Assembly: GCA_040357565.1 (NCBI GenBank)
Contig: JBDODJ010000002.1
Strand: one strand, 5' to 3'
Origin: Cercozoa sp. M6MM
Lineage: Eukaryota > Protista > Endomyxa: Ascetosporea
Length of the DNA stretch: 64,000 nt
Part shown: one piece after another, positions 37,648-49,900 of the stretch
How the letters are laid out: every line of letters begins with the position of its first letter
Numbering within the stretch: the stretch's first letter is position 1
The notes under the pieces: model-generated
The model's database searches: none
What the model was told of the DNA's origin: nothing
The model's input: only the letters and a program-made list of their open reading frames with translations
Made by a program: the position numbers and the translations under genes

Positions 37648-40600
37648 TCAGGAGGAGTCGTAGTCGCTACTGTCAAGCAGCGAGACCGGAGACGGCATTC
37701 GTGTCACACCCTCAGCAATGTCCTGTAGTCGTAAGAAGCACTGCCGCACAAAGAGACACAACTGCGAGGTCAATTTCGGCACTTGCCAGGTTTCTGGAAT
37801 CGACAGAAGTCTAGACACACGACAAGAGGTGATGTACAGTTGACAATTGATACAAAAAAGGATTCAGGGCACATGTAGGCGAAGTGAAGCGAAACATCGT
37901 GCGAGTATACTCGCTGCAGGATGTGCAACATCTCGCTCAGCGTTCGGACGCACTCGTGTCGTGCCGAGTCGCCTACAGTCAGTGCAGAGTACATACTGAC
38001 GGGGTCGCTGCAAGAAGGGGCATATACCAAGCGGGGTCGACCGCAGCACCTGCAGCAGCATGTCGGCAAAGTGACGCGGAGACCGACCTTGCGACGCGTC
38101 GAACAGCAGTCGCCAGTGCCTCGCATCCTGTGCAGTCAGAGTTAGATTAAAGTCAAGTAGAGCAACACGACTAAGATAAACAAGGTTGGAACCGACCAGA
38201 GTGCGGGCAGTGCGTGTCAACACAGCGGCCGCTAGCAGCGGGTCCGTCTCAAACACGACCTGAAGGGAGGGAGAGGCGTAAATTAGAGAGAGGCCCCAGG
38301 GAGTACGGGTGTGCAGAGAGAGCGGAAGAAAGCAATCAAACCTGAGCGTACAACGGCAGCATGTGTCGCTCAGTCAGAGCGATCGACCGCAGCAAACGGT
38401 TGAGCACGAGTGCCAGAGAGGGTTTCGACGATCCGCGAAGTAAGGCACGTGCCGCACCGTGTCGTGCCTGTGTAACTGTGGCACTGAGCACTGTGGTGAA
38501 CACGTGCTGACGGTCCCAATGACATGTGTCACAGTTAGTGCGACCGTAAGTGTCACCCTGGTCGCAGTCGTCAGTGTCACCATCACTGCGACTGAAGCGA
38601 TCACTGCGACTGCGACTGCTGACACTGCTGACGCTGTCCGTCGTGTCGAGCGTCACGTGTGTGTTGTCGTCCGTGCGGATGCAAATCAGCGGGTTCTGAT
38701 GTCCACGCGGATGCACCACGAGGACATCGGTGTCGTAACGGTCGCCGCGCGCACTCCTGGCAGCGCACGTGACACTGCGAAAGGCGGCGACGTCGCTGGC
38801 CACCACGCTGTGTCGCCACTGCGCCCACATACTTATATATCCCCTACCCCCATAAACCCCTGTGCCCCTATACCTCCTATATCCCTTATACACCCTGGTA
38901 CCTCACTGTCGCACTGAACAAAGCAAAGCAAGACATGTCGCCGCGTGAGCACATAGAGCACTGTCTGAGCCTTCACGGAAGCGCTGGCAGTCTCGACCTG
39001 CATCAGCGTGTGACAGCGCAGCAGGTGCGCCCGGCGAAACTGCGGCACCTGCGGCGGCACCTGTACCGGCGACGCTACCAGCGTCGCCGTCTCACATGGC
39101 GACGGTCTGGGGAGGGCATATGGGCATAGGGGCATGAGAGGCATGGAATAAACAGAGGGAGGACAAAGGTACCCCGACAGTGATACAGGAGGAAAGGCGC
39201 CATTGAGCGACGTGCTAGTGCTGGTATCGGTGCTGCAGGTGTCGCCTGTTTGTTGAATCGTCGTGTCTGCGACGGTCCCTGTGAGGAATGAACAAAGAGT
39301 ACCAAGGGGAGGGAAGTAGTGGGGGGGGGGGGGGTGAGAATACCTCCGTAGTCAATCTGCAACGCCAACACAATCGTCCTATCATCGTCATTGACGGCAC
39401 AGTCAGCGTGATCACTGTCAATGTCACCGTCAGTGGCGTGACCCACAAGGAGCACGAGTGACGGTGCCACCAGCAGTGAGACACGTGCGCACGGTAGCAT
39501 CAGTCGCTGCAGCCACAGACACTGACACGTGGCGGCCTCTACACACACACACATAGTAAGAAAAGGACATGCGACAGTGTGCACACGTGCGTGCGGTACC
39601 GCTGATGCCATGTGCCGACAGAGCGTACTGATGGTGCTGCTGCTGTCTCTGCTGACGGTGCGGTCGCTTTGATCGCATGTCCACACGCGAAACCGTCCAG
39701 ACCAATCGACCACATGCACGTGCGTCGGTAACGGTGCCGAGTGTGCGAAATGTTGCGACTCGCTCGTCGCGTATCACTCTGACGTGACGGTTTCTCCAAC
39801 TGACCACTGTGCGATCAGTCTGATCGTCAGGCGAAACGACGGTGCGGTCATCAATGTCAACCGGCGTCACGGAGAAACGTGAGTCACGGACGCGGATCAA
39901 CTTGTCTGTGTCAAGGAGAGGGTATAGGGCAAGGGACAAAAGGAACTGCAACGAGAATACAGGAGCAAGGGCAAGTGGAGTGTTGGGGGGGGGGGGGGGG
40001 GACAAAAAAAAGACAATGAGCGAACCGTGGCACAGTCGGAAACGACCAAAGCCACCGTCGCCGAGTGCACACACGAACCGTCCCGACGGTGTCAGAACGA
40101 GCGATCGGCGGTTCGCCGTGTGCAGCAGAGTGGCGCACGGTGACACACTGACATGTGTGACGGTTTCTGCCACCGAGAGACGGTTCACAACAAATCGATC
40201 ACTGTCGAGATCGATTCGACCGTTAGTGGAAGCGTCAGCGAAAACGTCAGTGGAACAGTCACGACGACACGTGTCGTCGGTCAGCGTGATCAGAGTGTCA
40301 CGGTGCACGACTCCGACAGTGTCGCCACATGCACATAGCGACAGTGCCTGGTGCTCACTCGCCTGATCGCCCACGTGCTCACTCAGTAACCGAGTAGTCA
40401 CATCGGTCACCTCGCCTGTCAGCCTGTCGGCAGCGGATACCTCACATAGGTACACCTGGCCTTGCTCCGACACTACATGACCAGGTGGGGTAAAGGGTAA
40501 TGGAGGGGGGGGGGTAAGACTGGCGGAATGGGGAAACACACGTGCACACAGCAGACGCGAAGTGACGCACAACTGCTCGATCTTGCCAGTCGAACTGTCG

Positions 40601-41427
40601 ATGGTACGCAAGATACATAACAGCACATCCGCGCGGATTCCTAGGAGGTTCAAGTCATACCTGATCCGCTTGGCGCGTCCGCGCGGACTACCCGAGTCCC
40701 AGTCGACCGACACGACGCGACCGCACTCAGAGCCAACCCAGAGCACGTGCCGACTCTGAGTGCCACCGACACTGACCACACGGAGGTTACCGAAACGCCA
40801 GTGCGCACGCAGTGACACGTGCCACTGATTGCGTGTCCTATTGTCTGCTTGACCCACACGTACCGACACGTATTAATTGGTCACAGGTGTCATTTGGTCA
40901 CAAGGTACCAAGACCAAAAAACTGCCGCTCAACTTGCGACGGTCCCGACACATCCGGTCGTCGCTCGAAACAGAAAATCAAAATCTCGCGTTTCGTTGTC
41001 AAAACTGCCACTTCCACTGCACCAAACAATTTTTTTGTTTTTTGTTTTTTGTACTTCCGCGCGGGTGCAGAAAGATACCAAAATCCTCCGTTTCTCGACA
41101 GACAGCACTTGTGAATTTTCCGTATTTCTCTTTGCATTCCTCTGCAAGAAGTAAGTACAGGAGAGACAATAACTCATTGTGACAATGACACTAGGCACCG
41201 TTGAGCGAGCAGTTGGCGACACGCACGTGTCCGACAGTGTCTAAAAAGGGAAAGATCACGTCCGCACGGATGCAAGGAAGAGCGAAACTACCTCGAGATA
41301 CGGGTTTCCACAGCGACACAGAGTGCGTGCAGACAAGAACCAGCGGCGACGCGGCATGGCCAGATGAAAGACATTCAATGACCTCAGTGCCGCCACCGAC
41401 TTGGTGCCACGCGTTGCTTAGATGCAT
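37648..41427 (-). CDS. RIC1: RIC1 (Rab6 GEF complex subunit): N-terminal beta-propeller plus C-terminal RIC1 domain
   Basis: N-terminus MHLSNAW...KEKYGKFTSAVCR...VAVLTTKREILIF; C-terminus LALVLNRLLRS...AVLTRTARTLDARHWRLLF...SPRHF...LHILQ, resembling CARKTExALWxxLF..GxPxxLF. Confidence 0.7.
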
Positions 41428-41619
41428 TGCTAAACGCGCGAGCGCGCGTTATCTTCACTGTACACACACGTGCACTGCTTTGTAGTACTAACTACAGGTG
41501 CGACTCGACTGGAAAAAGCACGACAGCAATTCTTCGACGGCCAGCAAAGCCGTGGTACTGAGCATCTACTGTATAGCTGCGCTGAGTGTGAAATACGGTG
41601 ACGTGAAATCAACAGAAAC

Positions 41620-43337
41620 TTATTCAGCGAACGTGTCTCGTCCCGACAGTGCAACGAAGCTAACGTAGGACATGTCGCGTCGCACGAGCAAGGTCACAAT
41701 CTGATCGCCACCGGCGTGTTCTGACAACAAGCATCAGTTAAAGAAACGGGCAGACAACAGTAACAGATACCCTGTGCTGAGAAGGGAAGCGAGGTGCGGT
41801 AGAAGGAGAGCGGGGCATCTGACACGCCCCAGAAACTCAATGCCATCCACGGCAGATCACGGTCACGCAACAGCTGAACCGCCTGCAAAGGGAAGAATAC
41901 AAAGAATACAGCCAAGAAAATGAAAGTTTGACCTTGTTAAACAAGTCGAGTTGCTGTGATCCATTCAAAAACGTTCGCGCTTGTTGGCATAACACGCCGC
42001 ACTTTGCCGCCTCTTCATCTGCAAACACATGTTTCCACAATAGCCAAAGTACGAGAAAAATGCACCGAGACACTGCGAAACTGCAACGTCGAAAAGAGAG
42101 TGAGTGTCGCCTTCATGTGGAAGAGGCAATCGCATATTCAACAAGGCGAGAATGTCATGAAGTGCTTGCAGCTCTTCTTTGCTCTGCTGCGTGTTCGTGC
42201 TCTACACAAGCAGATGCCGTTTTAGGCCACAAACAACTGCATCTATAGAAACTACGAATGCTGAAGGAATCCGCAGATCGTTCGTCAGCTACCAAACTAT
42301 TAAACAAGCAGGGAAAGCATCAAGTATATCAAAGGTACATGTCGATGGAACTCGGGCGAAACTTGAGTGACTTTGCCGCGAGAATTTTCAGGAATTACGG
42401 GTGCTTTCTCACTGGCGATCACGACCTGCTTTCAAAACTTGATACAAGGAACGAAGAGTGAAAATCAAGTGACACCTTGGCATCATTGACGCGATTCTGG
42501 AGACACCACTGAACGCGCTCGTAGATGCGACCCTTGCGCATGTAGGCATCCGAGGACAGCTCGACGAAAATGCGTCTAAGTGAGTCGCGACTTTCGCGGA
42601 AGCCACTGCGACTTCCAGACTAAAGCAAAGGATGCTCTCGGTGGTTACAAAAAAACACACGAAAGTACCAGTCCAAATTGTTGATACGTGTCTCGATCGA
42701 CGTGCAAAACCACTGTTAATTAATCAGAATGCACAGATTAAAGAGTGCAGCATACAACACAAAGAGCAGTTCATACGTGTGAGAGCATCTGCATTGCCAA
42801 CGATGCACATTGTGTTCCCTCTGTAAGCGCACTTCTATTCAAAGATACTCAAAGCACAAACAAAGCACCTGTCTGCTTCGGTTCGCATGGCCACTGCCGT
42901 GAAAGTGTTGCGGTCGCTCTTCTTCGTCTGCTTCTTGTCGTCGTCACTCTTGCCACTGCTCGTGTTGACGAAAGGACGCAGGACATTCGGCGAAAGTAGC
43001 GTTTCTAATGGCCCTTCGTAGATCCAGTATCGCAGGGTGCTACTCCAGGATCAGTAATTGCGCAAAAACACCATCAGAAAGGTCAACGAAGTATTTACGA
43101 ATCTGGCGACAGCTCGGCCAGCGTCAGGTCTTGAACGTCGTGTGTCGCCTTCAAACATCAGTCACGCCGTGACTAACAATAAGGTCATGGTAGCACACAT
43201 ACCGGAAGCAGCAGCGCGGCCTGGCAAGTGGCAGCATGAGACTGCAGCAGCAACTCATGGCGCGATCGTTCATCGTTGAGCGATGACTGCCAGCACACCA
43301 ACCTGGCACCGGCATCCGACGCACCTGAAAAGTCCAT
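41620..43337 (-). CDS. RPP40: Ribonuclease P/MRP subunit p40
   Basis: MDFSGASDAGARLVCWQSSLNDERSRHELLLQSH...LLLP; VLHVDRDTYQQFGL; PWMALSFWGVSDAPLSF...EHAGGDQIVTLLV. Confidence 0.85.
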
Positions 43338-43604
43338 GCACACGCGCACGCGTCTTCACTCGCTAAATTTTCGCTAGACATTAGGCGTATATGCCTGCCC
43401 AGGACCAAATACACTCCTTTAAGTAGTTTGCCCAATTTGCTTTGCACTGCCAAAGTAGACATGTGCTGTGTGTGTGGATTGGTGTTCAAAGCGTGTTACT
43501 AGTGCTAGCATCACTGAATGTGCGTTTCCCCGAGGTCGATCAGAAAATGGCGGGTTCTGGGAAGCGTGGATGTGTTGATTTTTTGGTTCTGTCAGCAGTG
43601 AGAC

Positions 43605-45033
43605 ATGCCACGTGTGCTGCCGTCCTTCGTGGCACCGCCCAGCGAGGAAACCGTCAGTTTTGTCCGACATTTGTATGTTTCGTTTTGACTGCATGTTTGT
43701 GCAGAGGCGCGCCATTGTGCAACGCAACCGCGTGCGCCGGGAGGCACGCGAGGCAGCTCAAGCAGCCGCCTGTGTCGATCGTGCCACTGCCTCGATCAGC
43801 TCGGACCGAAGTGAGTCACACGATGTCCAACAAGAGAAGCGCACACGCATCCGCGCGGACGACACTACGACAAAGAAACGCCGCGTCGCCGAGCCAGACG
43901 CTAAAGTTGACGAAAGCGAGGAAAACGACGATGATTTGGACGAGCTTGAGCTGTCCGAGGAAGAAGAGGAAATCAATGAGGCTGTAAGGGTAACCCTTTT
44001 GTTTGAGCAGGTCGCGTTTAGTACAGGTGGTTTCTGTCTGGGACAGGATGAGCTGAATCGGTCTGGGCGTCGCGACGATTCCGACGAGATGGACGACTTT
44101 TTGGACGACGACGATCAGGAAGAGGAGGAGGAGGAAGAGGAGTACGTACCAATGCGAGACAGTGACAGTGACAGCGATAGTGATAATGAGGACGACGGGA
44201 ACATCTACGGCAACGAGAAGGCACCCAAAGCAGCCGGTGTCGATGTCGCTTCCTTAAGAGAAGATCTCACCGTCACTTTGGGACAGGTACAGACGGACGT
44301 AGTGATATCCCGATTCAGTTTGTGCTTCCGTGTTGATCCCATTGTGTGATGTGCATGTAGAGGAAAGTATCGGTGGTGCAAGGTGATGTGAGTAATCTTT
44401 CGGTGGACGCGTTGGTGCATCCGACCGACGCGTTTCTGTCGCTGCACGGTGCCGTGGGCCGCGCTCTGTCGGCACAGGCGGCTTCCTCAGGCGCCGACTT
44501 GTTGCGCATCCTCTCGTGTCGGCAGACGCAACTGTCCACCAGTGCGGCATGTCTGACCCGGTGTACGCGCATCAAGGGCTTGCCCTGTAAATCCCTGGTG
44601 CATGTGCACTCGCCCAACTACCGCAAGGCGTCGGATCCTGACAAGGCACTCACTGAGGTTGTTGTTTCTCCTTCTTGTCATCCTGCTGCTACCTTGCTGC
44701 TGCCTCAGGCTGTGCTGTCCGTGTTGGAACAAGCAGACAAGGCCAAAGCAGTCACTGTGGCCTTGCCGAGTATCGGCACGGGTGCCAATCGATACCCATT
44801 GCACGAGGCTGTAATGTCACGTTTACACAAGTTTCTCCGCACTGTTAGCATGTATGTTACTGCATTGCTTTGGTGGACAGGCACGGGTCATGGTGCGCGC
44901 TGTCAAGGGATACTTTGACGCCACTCCCGCCAGTACCACCTCCACCGTGCGGCACGTCTACTTTGTTCTATACGACGATCGCACGGCACGCAAATTCGTC
45001 TCGGCACTGCGGACGCTGCAGAACTCTGACTGA
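43605..45033 (+). CDS. Macrodomain protein (macroH2A-like macro domain) with basic/acidic N-terminal region and no histone fold
   Basis: TLGQRKVSVVQGDVSNLSVDALVHPT...GAVGRAL...GLPCKSLVHVHSP...VALPSIGTGANRYP...KGYF...VRHVYFVLYD, preceded by a long D/E tract. Confidence 0.85.
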
Positions 45034-45296
45034 CTCCGCGTCCGCTCGTTAGCGTAGTTAGTTGAGTCTGATGCAAAACCAACTAAGTGGCTCCCCTGCA
45101 CCAGTCCGGGCTGGGTTATAAGAGCATGCGATGGTCGCGTCTACCGCCAGAAAACGAAAAAGTCGACTTCATGCTGTGCAGGTAGCGAACCACTGACTGA
45201 CTCCGCTCGTGACGGAAATTTGCTCGTATGCAGCGCAATGCAACCTCGCATCGCCTGCCGTGCGTTAACTGAACTCAGAAGTATCACTAGTCAGCA

Positions 45297-46587
45297 TCAC
45301 TGGCCGAGTGCACGACGTCGCTGGCGCATTTGTCGCGCCTTCTCGCGGTCCGCGCGGAACTAAACAAGCAAAGTATGTTTAATATAGGGTTTAGTAATTG
45401 TGATTTTCGTCATGCACCTGTTCACGTAGTGTCTCCACTTCTTGTTCTCGTTGCTTCTTGGCATGGAAGCCGTAGAAATTGTCGCCCACAATAATCTGAC
45501 AAAGGTACTTTCATTTTGCGACATGAAGCATATTGATGGGGGGGGGGGTACCTTGGCGCGTTTCTCGGCAGGAACGTCAGCCTTCGTTTGTAACTTGCGA
45601 TACTATAAAGCACATCGTAACGGTACAAGACATAAAGCGAACCAATTTACCTGCGAGAGTGGCCGCTTCGATCGATGTCGCACGACGAACCAGCCATCCT
45701 CGTCGACTTCGGGTTCGGCGCTCTCGGCCTCACGTCGCTTTCGCTGTAACATAACACATTTGATTTTGCAAATTCAAAAAAGCAAAGGAAGTGTACCTCG
45801 GCAGCATCGAAACGCTCCATGAAAGCGTTGACTTGGTTCGCTAGGTTTCGCGGATTCGGTCGCTGCATCTCGTACATCTTGTCGTATTCTGCAAGCAAGA
45901 AAAGCACACGATAACTTTGACACTGAAAAAAGATCAAAACGGATGTAGGGTACTGGCTAGCCCTTGCGGCATTATCAACGGTGCCGGCAATGAAGGTTGC
46001 GGAAGCACCTGAAGAGACAAGATTTAACTTGCTTGGGAAAACTACAACGGTAAAATACGTGCTTGTCGTTGAACTTGCAAAGCGCTTTAAAAGCTTTGTT
46101 CTCTTCAAACTCGACGTATGCACATCGTCTGAAATCAAAAGATTACTCAAAAATACACAAGAATTCACCAGATGTAGTACCCGCTGCTGCGATCCTCAAA
46201 AAGAGCACATTGCGCGACTGAGCCAAAGCTCGAGAAACTATCAACAAAAAAGCGTCTCCATCAGATTCAAAATTAAAAATATCAAGAAACTGCACACTGC
46301 GGCGACATGCGCATGAGTTTGGGCAGCAGTCACATTCGCAACTTTCAGTGTCCGCGACGGGTCCATTCCTGTAAAGTGTGTGCATTTCAAGAAAACGGAG
46401 TCAAAAGAAATTAACCGTAATGTTCAGGTGCAGCCTCTGCGCGGAAGGCAAAATAGTGCAAAAAACCACGCTTCACAGCGCGATCTACGTCGCTCTGGAC
46501 TGCCACGCGCAGCGTTTGCCAGCTACAATCCCAAAAGTCAACAGGATGACAAAAATGCATGTTGTTTTATTACCCCTCGTTCCCCAT
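45297..46587 (-). CDS. RRP7A: Ribosomal RNA-processing protein 7
   Basis: LHYFAFR...RTLKVANV; PNPRNLANQVNAFMERFD...EVDEDGWFVV; NFYGFHAKKQREQEVETLREQFRADREK. Confidence 0.85.
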
Positions 46588-46863
46588 CGTGTTTAAACTG
46601 GAAGTGTGTTCGAGTGCGTGCTACTAATGTGTCCGCACTGCCTATTCCGCGAGGGATTCCGAAAGGCTAAGGAGTTTGAGAAATAAACTACTACCAATTC
46701 ATATTGTAGCCAGTACAACCTTGCTTGTGGAGATTTTCTCGTGCTGTGCTCCGAGATCGGCGGTCTTGCGTGCGCTAAAATCTTTCAAAAGTGTTAGGAC
46801 GATTTTACGCATAGCAAAATGTCGAAACCTGATTCTGGAAGAATACTTCGGGAACAAAATGGT

Positions 46864-48153
46864 ATGAGGTCGTTTTTCGACTCGCTCAGTGCCTGGAAGT
46901 GGCCAATTGCGCTCGGAGCCGTTACCCTGACAACTGCTGTTACCGCTGCTACGCTAATATGGCGACGAAAAGCGCCTCGTCTGTCGAAACTTGTGCTCGG
47001 CAAGCGCGGAAATGAGCTTCGCATTGTACTATTGTTCCCGTCAGCTTGCCTGGTGAAAAAGCGAGTCTTTCTGGCTTTGACAGGCATCTTGGAATGTGCT
47101 AGCTCAACGGTACATCTTTGACGGTTCCTTCAATTACGCCCGAATCAACGATTTTCTCACGTTCGACCTGCGCCGTCTTGCACTGGCTGTGAGTCGATAG
47201 TCGCTTTGATTCGCTCTGTTGGCTTCGTCTTCATCTTCCGAATTATGCAGGCACGCACGAAAGAACTCGATGCTGATATTATCGCTTTGCAGGTGCGTTT
47301 AGTTGTGGTTTCAGCTGGTTACGTTTCTTCGAAGAAGTTGACTTGTTGCTACAGGAAGTCGATCGCGCTGACAGTTTCTGGAAGCCGCTGCTGCAGGCAG
47401 AAGGTTACGAGGTCGACTACGCTCAGCGTCCGTGTGGACGAGATGATGGATGTCTGATTGCGTGGCGTGCTAATCAATTTGAACCGGAAGCTCGGCTCGA
47501 GAGTACGTTTTTAGCATTTCTGAAACGTGGTCTGTGTTTTCCAATACTTTTTTTGAGACAGTCTACATGAATGACCTGTGCCACGGACTGCATCGAAAGC
47601 AAGACACGCGATTGGTTCAAAAGTATGCTCGAAACAATGTGGCGCAGATCGTGCTGCTGCGACATAAGCATGGTGCCAAGAATGGGTACTCTAAACTCCC
47701 TTACTCTCTTCGTCCTGACCACACGCATTGGGAGCAGTGGCTTTGAGTTCGACCGTCGTATTTTGTTGGCGAACGGTACAGTCAACAAAAGTCAAGTTTC
47801 AGGTAGTAGCTCGTTGTATTTGTGCAGTGCACCTGTACTGGAACCCGGCGCATGAGGATGTCAAGGTGCGTCAAGCACAGTACCTGCTGCGTCGGGTGCA
47901 CGAGTTTCACGAGGTACACACGACACGTTTGCGTGTTTGATGATTGCCATCTGTTTTCTGGCAGCACCACTGTCCCGACGCTGCCATCGCGCTGTGCGGC
48001 GACTTTAACGCGTGTCCTGGCAGTCCTGTGCACACACTGGTGACTCAGGGTGTCTTTGAGGAGCGTCTCACGGATACAACTGGAGTTCCGGCCCTCATGA
48101 TGGACGCTACTCTGAGCAAGGGTACGTTTCGCGCTATTCGTTTCGCTCTCTTC

Positions 48154-48203
<50 letters not shown>

Positions 48204-48213
48204 NNNNNNNNNN

Positions 48214-48262
<49 letters not shown>

Positions 48263-49900
48263 TCGTGTACTGATTTTGTTCTTAGTGGCCAAATGGTGTC
48301 GCACGCTCGGTTACGATGTCGAATGCGGCGCCGATGATGCTTACCAGATCGAAAGCACTCACGGCAGAAAAAAGCGACTGCGAATGATGCCGATTGAAAC
48401 TGCCGAGCCTGAAGAGTTTTTCCGGCGCATCCGAGGTACTTTTCTGTCCATGATATTTATGAGTGTGTTTTCGACCAACGCTATCCGCGCAGGCCAACGT
48501 CGATTTTTGGTCACCTGCGCCAAGAAACTGTAATCAGCTTTTTCCCCGAATAAAGCTTAAATTACAAACTCTTGTATGGTTTTGTAGAACCTCGCGCGCC
48601 TCAATTCCGTCACCATTTTTGTTTTTGCGCCACGGCGGTGCAACTGATGCTTTCGACAAGGTGCAGGAGTACTTCAAGTTGAAGTTTCACTTGTCTCGTC
48701 TTTGCTCTCGCTGGTATATGTTTTTTTTTTAATCCTCGCCTCTGGTGTGTAAGTGACATGTATGTGTAAGTGCCCACGCACAGTGTGAAATGCAACGGCG
48801 GCTTGGAGGACGTCACCTGTGCCGATCAAATCGATTCTTTCGACGATGACGACGTGCCTGTGCTGGTAGTATCCGTTAGCCCTTGTGGAACCTTGCCCTA
48901 AGTTTGTTCTCTTCGTTGTTAGGTCAAGGAGCGAGCTAAGGAGAATCTTGGGAATTCTGCGCTTGAGAACATTGACATTGATGCCGTTTACGACGTCAGC
49001 GATGTCGACAGTTTCCGGGAGTTCTTGGAGTGGCGGCGACAGGACCCGACGTGCCCTTCCACATAAACCCGAGTCCCATTTCCATTTACCATGCTTACCT
49101 GTACTGACAGACTGAGGCAGTGCACGCGCTGCTCGAGCGTGTTTTGGTGGGGTGACAAGACGGTCAAGAGCGCGCGCAAGCTGCACCGCATATTCTTCCA
49201 GCAGCAGTTGGTGGACCAGGAGAACAGCTCCAAGACAGCCGACACGAGTGATAGCAGTCCGTGTGAGGTGTCACTCTCCTCGGAAACGCACGTGATCGAG
49301 GACACGGCTGTCCCCTACGTACCATGTCTTCTCTCCTCTACTCTGTCGGTTTTAGTCTGTATGTACCGTCTGTACCCACAATAGTTGCATCTGTTGCCCG
49401 AGGTGGCCTATCGCAGCGATCACTTCATGAGTCAAACTCTCTCGTCGGATCTCGTGCTGCGCTCGGCTGTTGAGGTACTTGTGTGCCTCCTTGTAGCCCC
49501 CCCCCTGCAACTGATGTTATCTCCTAACTTGTTCAGCTGAAGGAAGGCTCTGAAAGGGAGTACACCAACAGGACGGACAAGTTCCAAGGCACTCTCGACT
49601 ATGTCTTCCTAGGGTAGTTTGGTTTTAATAGTGTATCCTTGTTTTTGCTGATCCATCTGTTCCCCTTCTCCTGCAGTGATGGTCGCAAGGGCAAGTTGCA
49701 TCCACTTCAGACGCAAATCGTTGGTCTGCAGCTCAATCGTCCACTGCCTTGTACCTGCCTTGTATTTATTTTTTGTGGTCCAATTCCGCTACCATTCACA
49801 TGCACAAATAGGCGCGTTTGACGTCGTCGACGAGCACGGCCTGTCACACGCTTGGCCATCCGATCACTGCGCCGTCGTGGCCGATCTTCAGTGGCGCTGA
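46864..49900 (+). CDS. CCR4/Angel/nocturnin-type EEP nuclease with inserted Mut7-C (PIN + zinc ribbon) domain and N-terminal hydrophobic anchor
   Basis: EEP motifs SWNVLAQ, IIALQEVD, DGCLIAWR, NNVAQI, HLYWNP, CGDFN, YTN..FQGTLDYVF, WPSDH. Between GDFN and TLDY lie MMDATLSKVAKWCRTLGYD, RFLVT, SRCVKCNG and CTRCSSVFWWG. Confidence 0.88.
48157..48260. repeat. Intronic (TC)n microsatellite with 10 N gap
   Basis: Direct reading; N at 48204-48213. Confidence 0.95.

Noticed and set aside
43325-43462. Longer RPP40 model needing a GC-AG intron from ATG 43462
   Set aside because: An in-frame ATG at 43337 gives a normal-length N-terminus with no intron.
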